A stretch of 64,000 bases of DNA. Origin: Dictyostelium discoideum (Eukaryota). The DNA lies in contig CM000151.3 of assembly GCA_000004695.1 (NCBI GenBank), forward strand, positions 352,001-416,000, in the 5' to 3' direction. Shown here in pieces: positions 35,411 through 58,790 of this stretch. A program made the translations under genes and the position numbers. The notes beneath the pieces are model-generated. The model ran no database searches. It saw only the letters and a program-made list of their open reading frames with translations, and was not told the origin of the DNA. Each line of letters opens with the position of its first letter. The first letter of the stretch is position 1.

Positions 35411-36705
35411 TGAATAATCAGATACTGTTTTAAATATAGTTTGTATACATGGTTGGGTTTCTTTAGATATTAATTTGGTACCAACATTGAATTCAAGATT
35501 CTTAATGATCATTTCTTTAAAATCAATGACTAAATTTAATCCAATTATTGTATCAATGCCAAATATACAATCAATTGATGTATCATTATCTTTAACAACA
35601 TTAACTTTAACTCTAGCGAATGCTTTACCTAATTTAATTGTTGTGTTACTTATTCCAATGATTTTGATTTCATTATTTGATGCTGATTTAACAGAATATT
35701 GTTTATTTTCAATCTTTAATTTTAACTTTTTAGCAATACTTTCCCAAACAATAGTAAGTGATGAACCAGTATCAATCAAACCTCTAACATTTTTATTATT
35801 TATTAATAAAGCTGCATTCATACTATCTATTCCAATTGAATTAATTGTACTATTATTAACCATTGTAATTGCATTAGTGCTATGATTATTATATGATTGT
35901 TTATTCTCATTATAATTATTCTTTTTATCTTTAGACCAACACTCTTGAATTACATGACCTTTCTTTTTGCAATATTTACAAAATTTTGTGATTGAATTTA
36001 CTTGATTTTGTGGTGCTTTATAAGGGGATGATTGTGGTGACATTTGTGGTGATCGATTATAATATTGATTTTTAAAAATTGGTGTTGAAATTTCTTCAGA
36101 TTCAATTGATTGTTGTTCGTTTTGAGATGTAACATATTGAGGGGATGTTGCAGAATAACCAGAACCCGAACCTAGATATCTTTGATTACCAAATTCTTGC
36201 AACGTCTTTGCAACTAATTGACCAGTGTACATTGATCTACCTTTGATACGAATTGAACCATCTTCACAAGACTTTGCAATATCTATTGCTCTTTTTAATG
36301 ATTTTGGTGCACATTTTGTAATTTCAATACCCAATTCAGTACCAACAGCTGAATAAAACAATTGTATTTTAAACTTTTCTGAAATATCAACTGCTGAACA
36401 TTTTGATAGAAATTTACCAATTAATATATCTAATGTATTGTATTTATATTCTCCCAACTTTGTTAATTCTGTTAAATCATCACTATCACCAATATCAAAA
36501 GCATCTTTAAGATCTTCAATTATCTCCATTGCTGTTAAGTCTGTATCCAATGTTGCGGCATATTCCAATGCATTGTTTCTTAGTTTTCTAATAATATCAG
36601 CTTTCGATATTTCCTCGCCATGAATTAGTAAGAGTAAGTGTTTGAATTTACGAAATGATAAACCTTTTCCATCACCCGAAAAAATTACGTTTTCATTATT
36701 ACTCA

Positions 36706-36706
<1 letters not shown>
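34778..36706 (-). CDS. LTR-element polyprotein remnant: Gag (CCHC) - aspartic protease - integrase C-terminal region
   Basis: ATG at 36706. It contains the CCHC knuckle CKYCKKKGHVIQEC and the protease motif LIDTGSSLTIVW. The C-terminal ...VGDYVYLQ...KLNKSWEGLFKVHERVSDLKFKLVLDNIKNHDVFYIKRLK resembles the Ty3/gypsy integrase C-terminus (GPF/Y...VFHVS.LK). No RT, RNase H or IN core lies between them. Confidence 0.7.
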
Positions 36707-36776
<70 letters not shown>

Positions 36777-36886
36777 TATTAAATTAAATTTAATCTAATG
36801 TAAAATTTTAATTGATTGAATAATTTGATAACTTTATATTTATAGTATATTTTTTTTTTTTTTTTTTGAAAGACGATGTCGCCAAA

Positions 36887-37154
36887 TGTAATAAAGCTTG
36901 TTAGCTTTATAAATATATATAATTAATAATTATATAATTGAATAATACTTTGTTATCTTTATTTAATATTAATTTATATTTATAATATTCAATATTGTTT
37001 ATAAAATTATTCTTTAGTATTTATATTATTTATAATGAGTTGACAGTATTATTATTATTATTATTATTATATTATTTAAATGTGTGTCAACTATAATTAG
37101 TAATGTAATATGCATATTTAATATCTATTAATTTTATAGAGTAACTTTATTACA
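36887..37154. repeat. 5' LTR (relative to the minus-strand element)
   Basis: Identical to 34515..34782. Confidence 0.85.
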
Positions 37155-37412
37155 CCGTAATAATTATTAAAAATAGTTTAAAAGAATCATCCAAGTTGGC
37201 ACTTTTTTGTAATTACAAAAATTATATATGGGGACTCATATAAAATAATATGAACAATTTTGAAAAGTGCACTTAGATAGTTTTTATAATAACTAAATTT
37301 TTTTTTTTTTTTTTTGAGATATTTCATTATTTCCGAAATAATTTTTAAAATAAATTTTTTTTTTTTTTTTTCTTTTTTAAAAAAAAAACAATGGATAGAG
37401 ATAAAAATTATA

Positions 37413-40448
<3,036 letters not shown>

Positions 40449-40645
40449 TAATAATAGTTACTGAAAAAAAAAAAAAAAAAAAAAAAAAATTTATCTTTTT
40501 ATTTAAATAGGCGAACAACAAATTAAAAATAAATTTATCATTGATGTAATAATAAATAAATAATTAAATGAATTAATAAATAAATTAATAAATTAATAAA
40601 TAAATAAATAAAATAATTGTGTTTCTCTTGTGGTTAGTTCTACTA

Positions 40646-40700
<55 letters not shown>

Positions 40701-41192
40701 TTAAAAAAGTTTAAAACCTAAAAAAAGTTGAGAGTATATAAATAAATAAATAAATAAAAAAATAAATAAAAAAATAAATAAATAAATAAAAAAAATAAAA
40801 AATAAATAAATAAAAAAATAAATAAAAAAATAAATAAAAATAAAAAATAAAAAGGATATTAACTTTTTTTATTTTAGAAAATTGACGACGTGAAACATTG
40901 TTGAAAAAAAAAAAAAAAAATGAAAATCTAATTTAAAAATTTTTATCAATAATTATTTGCATTTTCCCAACACTCTCAAAACAGGTTCTACAAATAAATC
41001 CTCATTCTTTCTCGTTTTTTATTAAAATTAATTTTTTTTTTTGAATTTAATTAAATTTTTTTGTTAATTTTTGCAACATTAAGGAAACCAACGTTTTTAA
41101 AAAAATTTTTCAAAAAAAAAAACTTGAAAAAATAAAAAAAAAATATTAAATAAAGCAAAAAATTTTTTTTTTAATCACCATTGTAAAAAACA

Positions 41193-44354
<3,162 letters not shown>

Positions 44355-44819
44355 CTAATTTTTAAATAAATTTAATAAATAATAATAAATAATTGTTTTT
44401 TAAAATTATGATAATTTATTATAAATTGATACAAAATAGAATAACCTTTGGCATTGTAATTTATTGGATAATAGTTTGAGTTCTATAGAATTGTAATATT
44501 TGTACTATTTGATTTACCAAATTGTTGAACTTATGACTTTGAAAATTTGATACTCAATATCCTCAGATATATAATCTGATTTTCTAGCTTTTAATCTTTT
44601 TCTTTATATTTTTTTAAATTTTTTTTTTTTTTTAAAATTTTTTTAGTTTTTGATTGATTATTATCATTATTAAATAATTTATATAAATTAAATATTAAAT
44701 GATTAATTTTTTTTTTTTTTTTTAACAAAACCTCGGAACTTAAGAAATTTGCCGAGTTTCACATATGACCCTTTTTTTTTTTTTTTTTTTTTGATTTTTT
44801 TTTTTGTCAATTTGTTTTT

Positions 44820-44850
<31 letters not shown>

Positions 44851-44913
44851 TTTTGATTTTTTTTTGATTTTTTTTTTTGTAGGAAATAAAGATTTTCTTA
44901 ATTTATTTCCAAA

Positions 44914-47967
<3,054 letters not shown>

Positions 47968-48124
47968 AAAATTAGGACTACACTTTCAATTTGATAAATA
48001 AAAATAAAAATAAAAATTTATGTTTTAATTTAAATAGGTTAACAGTGAATTATAAAATAAATAATTTAATAAATAAACAATTGTTTCATCAAATTGGTTT
48101 CTTTATTATTAATCACTCAAAAAT

Positions 48125-48159
<35 letters not shown>

Positions 48160-48179
48160 TAAATTTTATTTATTTTAGT

Positions 48180-49260
48180 TTTGGTGAATGAGTTTAAACC
48201 AAATTTGTGAGAAACTGTTTCAAATGGAAAGTCTTCTGATTGATTAACTTGTTTATGGTGATATGGAATAACCATTTGAACACAATATGATCTTTTAATG
48301 CATATTTAACATTTTCAACTGTAGCAGTATCGTTGCAATCTTAGTTTCATTTGATGTAATAACATGGCACCTTGTAACAATTGTTCACCTGATTCTTCTT
48401 TACCATTATTATTCTTATTGGTCAAGCATATATTAATATATAGGTTCCATTGCCACCAGTTGTTGAAGTTGTGATGGTTTGTGATAAGTTGGAACACCTC
48501 TTAAGAAAAATGGAATGTTTGCCATACCCATTTCTCTTTGATTGCATTTGGCCATCTTTGTTTTCATCATTGAATAAAATGAATCTATTCCATTTACATG
48601 TTGTAGTTTGCGTTATTGGTGGGAGTTTTGTTCTTGTGTTTGTGCTACTAGTAGTTGTTATGTGATGAGTGTTGTTGTTGTTGTAGATGAGATGTTATTG
48701 AAATAGTTTAAGGAATTGGCTGGTTTGTATTTGTCTATTGGAATATCAGCTTCAACACAATAATCACTTGGTGCTGCAACATATTCGAATTGATATTTAC
48801 CATCTGCTCTCGATTTGGTATTTCATTTCCATATTTATCAGTTAATCGTAATATCTGATAATGATGGTGAATTATCAGTACGTTTGCCAGTGTTAAACGA
48901 ATCTAACCAAACATTATCACCAACATTGTATGAGTCATAAATTCAAACAATATTTGACATCTGATTGGAATGGAGAGTCTTCTGATTGTTTATTACGTAG
49001 TGAAATAACCATTTGAACACAATATGATTCTGGTACTTTATCTTTTAATGCGTATTTACCATTTCATCTGTAACAGAATATCGCTGCGATCTTTGTTCCA
49101 TATGATGATGATGATGATGTAATAACAACATGAACACACCTGATTTTAACAGTTCATATGATTCTTCTTTACAATTGTTTTTCGTATCGACCATTTGGTT
49201 GTTGTTGTTGTTTCTAATACACTATCATTTGAAACGAGTAATGATAACTCTACACCTGGT
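48180..49260. other. GC-elevated segment with internal degenerate direct repeat of about 0.75 kb; possible minus-strand gene remnants
   Basis: 48180-48340 and 48960-49100 share ..agtcttctgattg...aataaccatttgaacacaatatgat...ttttaatgc.tattta.... Composition is clearly less AT-rich than the surroundings. Only short minus-strand ORFs are present (for example 48315..48497). Confidence 0.35.
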
Positions 49261-49332
49261 AAGAATTGATTATTTTAATATTTAATTTTTTTTTTTATTT
49301 TTTTTAAATTTTTTTTTTTTTTAAGCACCGAA

Positions 49333-51240
49333 ATGGATAGAGATAAAAAATAAAAATATGGAAAATAATAATAATAATTTAGAAGATATTGAAACATTTA
49401 TTGACGAGAGTAATGAAATATTATTTTGGAAATTATTTAGAAATAATAATAATAATTTTGAAGATAATGAAACATGTATTTACGAGAATAATAATGAAAT
49501 ATTATTTTGGAAATTATTTAGAAACATAGTAATTTATAAAAAGATATTCTCATTTATGGATAGTCGATTCTCAATTAATTATGATTCAATGTCATCAATA
49601 TCAAATCTTATAAACAATAATCATTTCAATATAATAAAAGAAAAAGTATATAGAAATTGTAGATATTTACACTATACTTCAAATAATTGTAAAATAGAAC
49701 CTTCTTTGTTATTTGTTAAATTATTTTCAAATATTAAAGATGATGATTATAGATTATATAGAAACTTTTTAAATAGTGATAATTGCTATTATGATTCACA
49801 TTCAACTATATCAAAAGCATTAATTTTATCAAAGAAATTAGAAATAAATAAATTATATATAAATGAATTCGATTATAAACCAACAGAAACAGATCTTTTT
49901 TATTCAATTATAATAGGTTCAAATAAATTCATTAAATATATATTAGAAAATTAGGATATAAAAAATTAATAATCGATATATATAAATCATATTATTATCC
50001 AATTGAAAAAATTAAAATTTTCAAAGGATTGTTATGTTTTTTTAATATCATTGATGATCATAGTTATGAAGGTTATGAAAAGAATCATCATCAAATAGCA
50101 ATAGATGACCTCGTTTATTCTTTTACTAATAATCCATATGCTATCGATAAAGATCCTGGTTTTAATGAAACTCAACATTGAAAACATTAATCTCAATTTG
50201 TAAATTAATATTATTATTAAAGAAATCAATTGACAATGAAATAACATTGATAAAAGATGGTTATGATGATGATGATGATGGTGGTGATGATAATAATGAT
50301 AAAAAAAAATTAAGAAAATCATTTAAATCAATTCCAATAACAATAACCATTCAAGAAATTGATAATTTCATTATTGAAAAAATAGATAAGCAAACTTTAA
50401 AATCAATATTAGATAGTCCAATAAATTATAATAATAATAGTAATATAGAAGTTAAATGTTTTATTAAGAAGTTATTAGATTTATATCATTCAGTATTTCA
50501 ATATATACAAATAGATTTATATTTATGTTAATATGATTATGATGATGGCGTTTTAGATTACAATGATATTGTGAGTAATAAATATAAAGTTGCTTTTAAA
50601 TTTGGTAATTTCCAATTGTTACAAGGTGAGGATTTAGTTACTATCAATTATTACCAAACAAGTCTGTTAATTTTACCCATAATCCTCATTGGCAGAATGA
50701 CCCATTAAAAGAGAATTTTATAGTTTTATTCTCACATTGTTTTGATCAAAAGAAAAAGATTAAATTTATTGATCAATTGATTGAAATAAATACAAAAAAT
50801 CCAGATCCCAATTTTCAAAATCATTTCTTTTATATGCTTATAATGCATGGTGACATTGAATTATTAAAATACTTTTCAAATAAAGTTGGTACAACTTCAT
50901 TTTGTTTTTCCTTCATATGATTATATTATACCACCAACCTATTATATAGAATCAATAGAGATATTAGATTATTTATTTTATAATCATAGAGATTATTTAA
51001 TAGATCTGCAATTTCCAAATGGTTATTGCACATATTATAAAAGTTTACAATTATTACAACACTTTGAATCATTATTAGTTCAATATAAATCAGACAATCC
51101 ATCCATCATTGAATTTTGATTTCGTTTTCAAGGAGTCAGATGGTGGAATATTAACTTCTGACACTGAAACTGAAGTTAGAGAATTTCTTTCTGAATTTAT
51201 TACACTCCCAAAAAAATGAATTATGGCTCTATTCAAATGA
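49333..51240 (+). pseudogene. decayed family paralog (multiple stops and frameshifts, large internal deletion)
   Basis: The family start ATGGATAGAGATAAAAAA at 49343 is followed immediately by a stop. Fragments 49358..49954, 50178..50531 and 50886..51119 are colinear with paralogs but lie in different frames. The C-terminal region is deleted between the NPSIIE and ESDGGIL blocks. Confidence 0.7.
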
Positions 51241-51903
51241 AAGATTAAAATATTTTTTTAAAGATAACTTAAAATAATAATAATAATAATATTTAGAAAA
51301 AAGATAGAATAAAAAAATAAAGAATTTATGTTTTAATAAATGAAAAAAAAAATAAAAAATAAAAAATAAAAAATAAATAAAAAATTGTTTTTATGAAATA
51401 CAACTATAAATTTAATTGACCAAAAATTAGAATAAATGAAAAAAATAAAATAAAATAAAAATAATCGTTGTAATATAATTGTGTAAATAATAACAATTAT
51501 GTTTTAGAAAAAACTATTTTTATATTAAGATATTACTATACATAAAAATAGATAATATTATTTTAAAGAGAAAAAAAAAAAAATAAAAAAAAATAACAGT
51601 AATGATAACATTCATAGTGCAGTATCAAGATATTTGTATCAATTCAAAAAAAAAAAAAGATAATAAAAAAAAAAAAAAAAAAAAATGCCACGCTGGTTGA
51701 CCCGCCAAAATAAAAAGAAAATATCTTTTTTTTCGAAATCCTATTTTTAAAAAAAAAAAAAATAAAAAACAAATTAAAAAAGATTACACCACAAAAAATA
51801 TTTAAAAAATAAAATAAAAAAAAAAACAAAAATAAGAATTAATATTTTATTTTTATTTTTATATTATTTTTTTAATTACCTACTATTTTTTATTTGTATA
51901 AAA

Positions 51904-51934
51904 ATGAGTAACAACAGTAATAGTAATAATAGTA

Positions 51935-51991
<57 letters not shown>

Positions 51992-54636
51992 TAGTAATAA
52001 ATGAGGATGAAGATGGCAATGAATTAGAGAAAAAGGATTTAAAATCAGTTAAAGAGATTGCTCAATCATATGGTCTATCAACAAACAAATTAAATAAATT
52101 AGAAATCATTGAAAAGATTAAATCAGTTAAAAGAAAAAGAGATTATGAAGAAAAAGAAAATGTTAATTCGTTTAATAAAATTATTAAATTAACAATTACA
52201 GATAATATTGAACCTTCTGAAATACTATTTTGGAAATTATTTAGAAACATAGTAATTTATAAAAAGATATTCTCGTTTATGGATAAACGATTCTCAATTA
52301 ATTATGATTCAATGTCATCAATATCAAATCTTATAAACAATAATCAATTCAATATATTAAAAGAAAAAGTTTATAGAAATTGTAGATATTTACATTTAAC
52401 AACTCACGATTTGTATGATAAAATTAATGATATTTCTTGTTTGGTGAAACTATTTTCAAATATTAAAGATGACTATCAATTCTATAGAAACTTTTTTAAT
52501 AGTGATAATGGTCGTTATCTTTTAGCGACAAACATATCAACAGCATTAATTATATCAAAGAATTTAGAGATTTATAAATTATATATAACTGAATTCAATT
52601 ATGAGCCAACAGAAACAGATCTTATTTATTCAATTATAATAGGTTCACAAAAATTCATTAAATATATATTAGAATTAAATTCATCAAAATCATCGAAATC
52701 ACCATTTTATAATATTAATATTCAAAAATTTTATTTAAATGAATCATCATATTTTAATTTTCAAAAAGATAAAATATTTAAAGGATTACTATTTTATTTA
52801 AATAATAATAGTAAACAAGTATTTACAATAGATAATCTTTATGAATTTATTATTTATAGAAACGATAATGGATATGAAATTAATGAAAAATCAACATTAA
52901 AAACATTAATCACAATTTGTAAATTAATTTTAAAATTATATCCATCACCAACTATTGAAACAAAAACAAGCGAATTATTTAAATCGGTTCCAGATATTCA
53001 AGAAATTAATGGTTTTATTATTGAAAAAATGATTGATAAACAAATTTTAAAATCAAAATTAGATAATCCAATTTATTATAATAATAATAATAATAATAAC
53101 ATTGAAATTAAAAAGTTTATAATTAAATTATTAAATTTATATTATAAAACATTTATATATATACCAACAATTTTATATTTATGTTATTATGATTATGATG
53201 ATAATGAAAATTATCATTACTATTTCAAGCAATTTAATACTGACAAGGATGAACTGGAAATTGCATTTAGATTTGGAGATTTTAAAATTTTAGAACCTCG
53301 TGAAACTATTGATTATAAGAATATTTTACCAAGAGAATATAATTTCTGGGAAAAAGAGAATCATATAGTTTTATTCTCACATTGTTTTAATAAAGAGAAA
53401 AAGATTAAATTCATTGATCAATTGATTGAAAGAAATAATCAAAAGCCAGAATTGAATTTCGAAAATATTGTCTTCAATATGATTGTAATGAATGATGATA
53501 TTGAATTATTAAAATACTTTTCAAATAAAATTGGTTCAATTCTACCAGTCTATATTAATATTTCTGATTTTTCAATTTCTCCAACCTTTTTAATAGAATC
53601 AATTGAAATGTTGGACTATTTATTTAACAATCATAGAAAATACTTTATTGATAGAGAACTTATAAATAATTATAGTACATTTTTTAAAAATGTACAATTA
53701 TTACAACACTTTGAATCGTTATTATCAAAATTTAAACTTGACAATCCGTCGATCATTGAAAAGGATCCAATTCCTTTTATAAAAACTATAGATTTTAGTA
53801 GTATTTTATATTATAAAAAATACAAAGACTTTCTTAATTTTGCAAAACACTTTGCTACAAATTCACTATACAATAATGATGAATTAGATCGTATACAATT
53901 ATTAATATTATTAACTGATGCTGAATTATCATCTAAACAAATGGTCAACACAGAAACACTTGGAAATTTATTAATTTTTCCACACCACAAATCAAATCTA
54001 ATAGATCAAAGATCAAATAAACCATATTCAAAAGAATTTTTAAAATTAATTGAATGGTTATTTAATAACTACAATCATTTAATTGAAAAGGGTGGTCATC
54101 TATATCACAATAAAAAACACCATTACCATCTTCTTATTACACTAGATAGATTAGATCTCAACAACAACAACAACTATTGTTATAATAATATTGAAAAAAT
54201 TACTTACCTAATGGATATAGTAAATAATTCAACACCATTTTTATATGAAGCCAATAATTTTAAATTTTTAAATTGGTTTTTAACAATGATTGAAGATTAT
54301 CATTTTTCATCCAATTCAACAAATAATGATGAAAAATTAAAAATTAAAGCTTTAACAAAATCATTTCTTAACTATATTGTAGGCAATTCAAAATTACAAA
54401 TACTTGAATATGTTCATCAAAACTTTGGTTTCATTTTAAAAAAAGATTCAAATGGTGGAATATTACCAATTAAAGAATTAAAAGAATTCTTAATTTTATC
54501 AATTGGTTCATATTCAAATTTTAGTTCAATTAAAATTTCAGAATTTCTTTTTCAATTTATTACAATATCAAAAAGTGAATTTGAAAAGAAATCAAATAGA
54601 ATATCAAAACTAATCTTTGCAAATAAATTTAATTAA
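51904..54636 (+). CDS. intact family paralog (910 aa)
   Basis: ATG at 51904 starts MSNNSNSNNSSNNNN..., followed by the SAP-like motif and conserved blocks. It is the shortest intact member. Confidence 0.75.
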
Positions 54637-54654
54637 AAGAAATAATATCTATTG

Positions 54655-54689
<35 letters not shown>

Positions 54690-54700
54690 TTTTTTTCTCC

Positions 54701-54826
<126 letters not shown>

Positions 54827-54924
54827 CAATAGATATTATTTCTTTAAAGAAAAAACATAATAAATTTTGTAAGAATTTTCAAAGTAATAATTATTTCTTG
54901 TAACACTTTTATTATTTTAAATTT

Positions 54925-55452
54925 TCAAACATTTGAATGAGGATTATCAATTTCATACCATGCTTCTTCATTATTATCGTCATCTTTAAACATTTCAATA
55001 AATTTCAAACCTGATTTCTCTAATACTTTTCTTGAAGCTATATGATCTTTGTCAGCAAATGCACATATCTTTTCAATTTTTAAAATATTGAAACCATAAT
55101 TTATAAAGAATTGAGTTGCCTCTGTAGCATACCCTTTACCCCAATATCTCTTAATAAATCTATAACCAATATCATAATATGACTGACGACCATTAATATT
55201 ATTTTCAATTTTTAAACCTGCCCAACCAATAAATTCATTGGTTTCTTTTATTATTACTGCCATACGACCTATTCCATTAAGTTTATATTGATTTTGTATA
55301 CCTTTGATTGCAGCTCTACATTGATCGATATTAGTAACTGCACTTTTTAAATATTGATGAACTTCTTGGTCTGAATCTAATTCAAATAGATTTTCATCAT
55401 CATTGCTTTCTAACTCTCTAAAATAAAGACGTTGGCTTTCTAGTTTCGCCAT
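54925..55452 (-). CDS. GNAT-family N-acetyltransferase (RimJ/RimL-like), intronless, 175 aa
   Basis: True ATG at 55452. Motifs are ...IGWAGLKI...GYRFIKRYWGKGYATEA...FADKDHIASRKVLEKSGLKF (acetyl-CoA-binding Q/RxxGxG/A-like). Confidence 0.7.
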   Translation of the reverse strand: MAKLESQRLYFRELESNDDENLFELDSDQEVHQYLKSAVTNIDQCRAAIKGIQNQYKLNGIGRMAVIIKETNEFIGWAGLKIENNINGRQSYYDIGYRFIKRYWGKGYATEATQFFINYGFNILKIEKICAFADKDHIASRKVLEKSGLKFIEMFKDDDNNEEAWYEIDNPHSNV

Positions 55453-55589
55453 TTTATGTTTGATGATTGCGCAATCATTACTGAAAATAAAAAAAAAAAA
55501 AAAAAAAAAAAATAATTAATAAAAAAAAAAAATTAAAAAAAAAAAAATTGATTTGATATTTTTTTTTTTATTTTTTTTTTATTTTTTTA

Positions 55590-56520
55590 AATATACTCTT
55601 TCTTTTATATCAACCAAAAATTTAATTCAATTTTCTTAAAACTAATTCCATCGATATTAATATTTAATAAAAAAAAAAAAAATTTAAAAAATGAAAATAA
55701 TTCTTTTCGTTTATTTTTTCATTTTGTTCACAATAAATTATAAATTAATAATAATAATTATTATTTTTTTTTTTTTATTTTATTTTTTTTTTTTTTTTTT
55801 TTTTTAGAAACACACATATACTTGGTTAGATATTTTTTTTTTTTTTTAAAAAAAATTACTAGGGGTAATGATATATGAAAAAATAAAAAATGATTAAATA
55901 TTAATTTTGACCAATCAAAACAATAATTGCAATGATAAACTTTTAAATTTTAATTGGTTGGATGAAATCAATTTTTAAAGACGACCAACTCGTCAGTTTT
56001 TTTTTTTTTTTTTTTTTTTTTCATGAAATCTCGAGATATTAATTCTACAGTTCTTTGAATTCGCTAGAAGATATTATTTTTTTTCCTAAATACCTATCAT
56101 TTGCTTTCTTTTTCTTTTTCTTTTCTTTTTTTTATTTATTTTTATTTTTTTTTTTATTTTTATTTTTTATTTTAATTTTTTATTTACTTTAAAATAAAAA
56201 TTTTAAAATTATTTTTATATTTTTTATTCCTGTGTAGAAATTATAATTCTAAAAATGTATTATAAAATTTTACTTATATTTGCATTATTAATTTTTGTTA
56301 ATATTAATTTTGCTTCTTCTGAATTTAAAAAAAATGGTAATAATTATTTGAAACAATTAAAATATTAAATATATAAACGATTTGCTTTACTGATATTATT
56401 TTTATTTTAAATTTTTTTTTTTTTTTTTTCTTAAAATTAGAAACTGAATCTGCGACTTTAAAATCATTATATGCTAGTTATTTAATGCAAAATAACAATA
56501 ATACTAATTATAATAATACC

Positions 56521-56578
<58 letters not shown>

Positions 56579-56738
56579 GTAATAATACTAATATTTATAA
56601 TGATTCAGTAACAAAGAATAAATGTAAAAATAAGAATGAATTGACAGTTGGTATAATTGGTGGTGGTATTGCAGGTCTTTATGCTGGTATGTAATTTATT
56701 AATGATTATTATAAAATAATTTTTTGAAGGTATTAACC

Positions 56739-56770
<32 letters not shown>

Positions 56771-58750
56771 GTATGATTTTCGATGATTTAGGTATTGATT
56801 ATACAATCTTAGAAGCCAATAAGGAAAGAGTTGGTGGAAGAGTTTATACTCATAAATTTGATGATCATAAATATTCATATACTGATCTCGGTGCTATGCG
56901 TATTCCATTAACGCCATTAATGGATAGAATTGTATCAAACCAAAATTATTCATTATTTAGTAAATTGGCAAAAGGTGGATATCAAATTCCAACTGTACCA
57001 TTTTTAATGAGTGTTAATAATGAAATTAGTTATTATAATGGTATTAGAGTTTTAAAAGGTTCCCCAGTTTTAAATCCATCCGATCCATTTAATTATAGTG
57101 ATTCAAATAATGGTGGTCCAGGAAAAGGTATTCCAGACGAGTATGCAAATCGTACAGTTGACTCTTTAATTCTCCCAGTATTTTATCAATTCATTTACAA
57201 TTTAACAGTTGATTTTGATAATGGTTTTAAACAAATGTTAAAATATGATAGCTATTCTGCAAGAGATTATTTAAAAACATTCCATAATTATCCAAATTCA
57301 GTTGTGAGTATTTAAAAAAAAAAATTAAATTTATTAAAATATATAAATATTAAATTATATTATTTTTTTTATTTATTATTAGATTGATTATATTGAAAAT
57401 TTATCAACAAATACTGGAAGATTAGATCAATCATCTATTACTGAATTATTAATGAGTGTTTTTGATTTTAGTGGAGAAAAATTCGTTTGTGTTGAAGGTG
57501 GTACAGGTCTTATTGTTAAATCAATGAGTCAAATTATAAAGAAAAAAGTTGAAATGGGTAGTTTTGTTACTAAAATTTCAAAATCATATGATAAAAAGAA
57601 TAATGAAATCGATGGATTAAATGTTGAAGTAGTAAGAGATTCAAACTTTGGTGGTAGTGATACTGAAATATTGAAATTTAAACATGTAATTAGTACTACA
57701 ACTTTACCAGCATTACAAAGAATTGATACAAGTGATTTGAAATTACCATTGAAATTAAAGGTTGCAATTCGTTCACTTAAATACACTGGTGCTATTAAAC
57801 TTGCAATTAACTTTAAATATCGTTGGTGGGAAGATAGTGAATTTATGAGTGGTAAACCAATTAGAGGTGGTTCTTCAAATACCGATCTTTTACTTCGTCA
57901 AGTTGTTTATCCATCATATGGTATCAATAATGGTACAAAAGGTGTTAGCGGAGTTTTATTAGCAAGTTATAGTGGTGGTTTGGAATCAATCAGAGTAAGT
58001 TGTGAATAACATTATTATGTTTAAAATAATTAATATTAATTTTTCTTAAATTTTATAGATTAGTAGTATGATTGGTAAAAAAGATAAAGAAAGAAAACTT
58101 TTAAATATAGTTTTAAGAGATCTTGCTGAAATCCATAATGTTGATTTAAAGAAATTAAAAAATTTATATAAAGATCATTTCTTCCAAAGTTGGGATAATG
58201 ATGAATTTGTAAGTATTAAATTTTAATAAATATTTATTTTATTTTTGAAAATATTAATAAATTTTAATTTTATTTTAAAAAAAAAAAACAAATATTAGTC
58301 ATCAGGTGCTTTTGCATTATTTTCAATATCTCAATATACTGAACTTTTCCCAAGTACTGGACAATCACATGTTGATGGTAGATTCCATTTATCAGGTGAA
58401 TTAACCTCGGTTCATCATGCATGGATGATTGGTGGACTTAATAGTGCATATAGATCAGTTGATTTAATTTTAAAGAATGAAGGATTTGAAGATTTACGTA
58501 TCAAATTAAGAAATAATTGGGGCACTATTGAGCAAGCTGAATATCCATCATTAGATTGGTATAAATACGACTCTGATATTAATCATTATAATATTCAAGG
58601 AAAATCAATTGAAAAATTATATTAAATAAATCAAAAAATTACCTATATATTGCTAGTTTATTTTCATTCTCATTTTAAGTTTATTTTATTTATTTATTTA
58701 TTTTTATTAGAGGAATTCCTCTTTTCTTCTTAGAAATTAATTAAATTTGG

Positions 58751-58790
<40 letters not shown>

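Larger units (their letters stand above)
34515..37154 (-). mobile_element. DGLT-A-like (Ty3/gypsy-type) LTR retrotransposon, internally deleted non-autonomous copy
   Basis: Identical 268-bp LTRs (34515..34782 and 36887..37154) begin TG and end CA. They are flanked by a 4-bp direct repeat CCGT (34511-34514 and 37155-37158). A PBS-like TGGCGACATCGTC is adjacent to the 5' LTR on the minus strand. A polypurine tract AAAAGGGGGG is adjacent to the 3' LTR. The insertion lies 28 bp upstream of the tRNA-Val 5' end. Confidence 0.8.
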
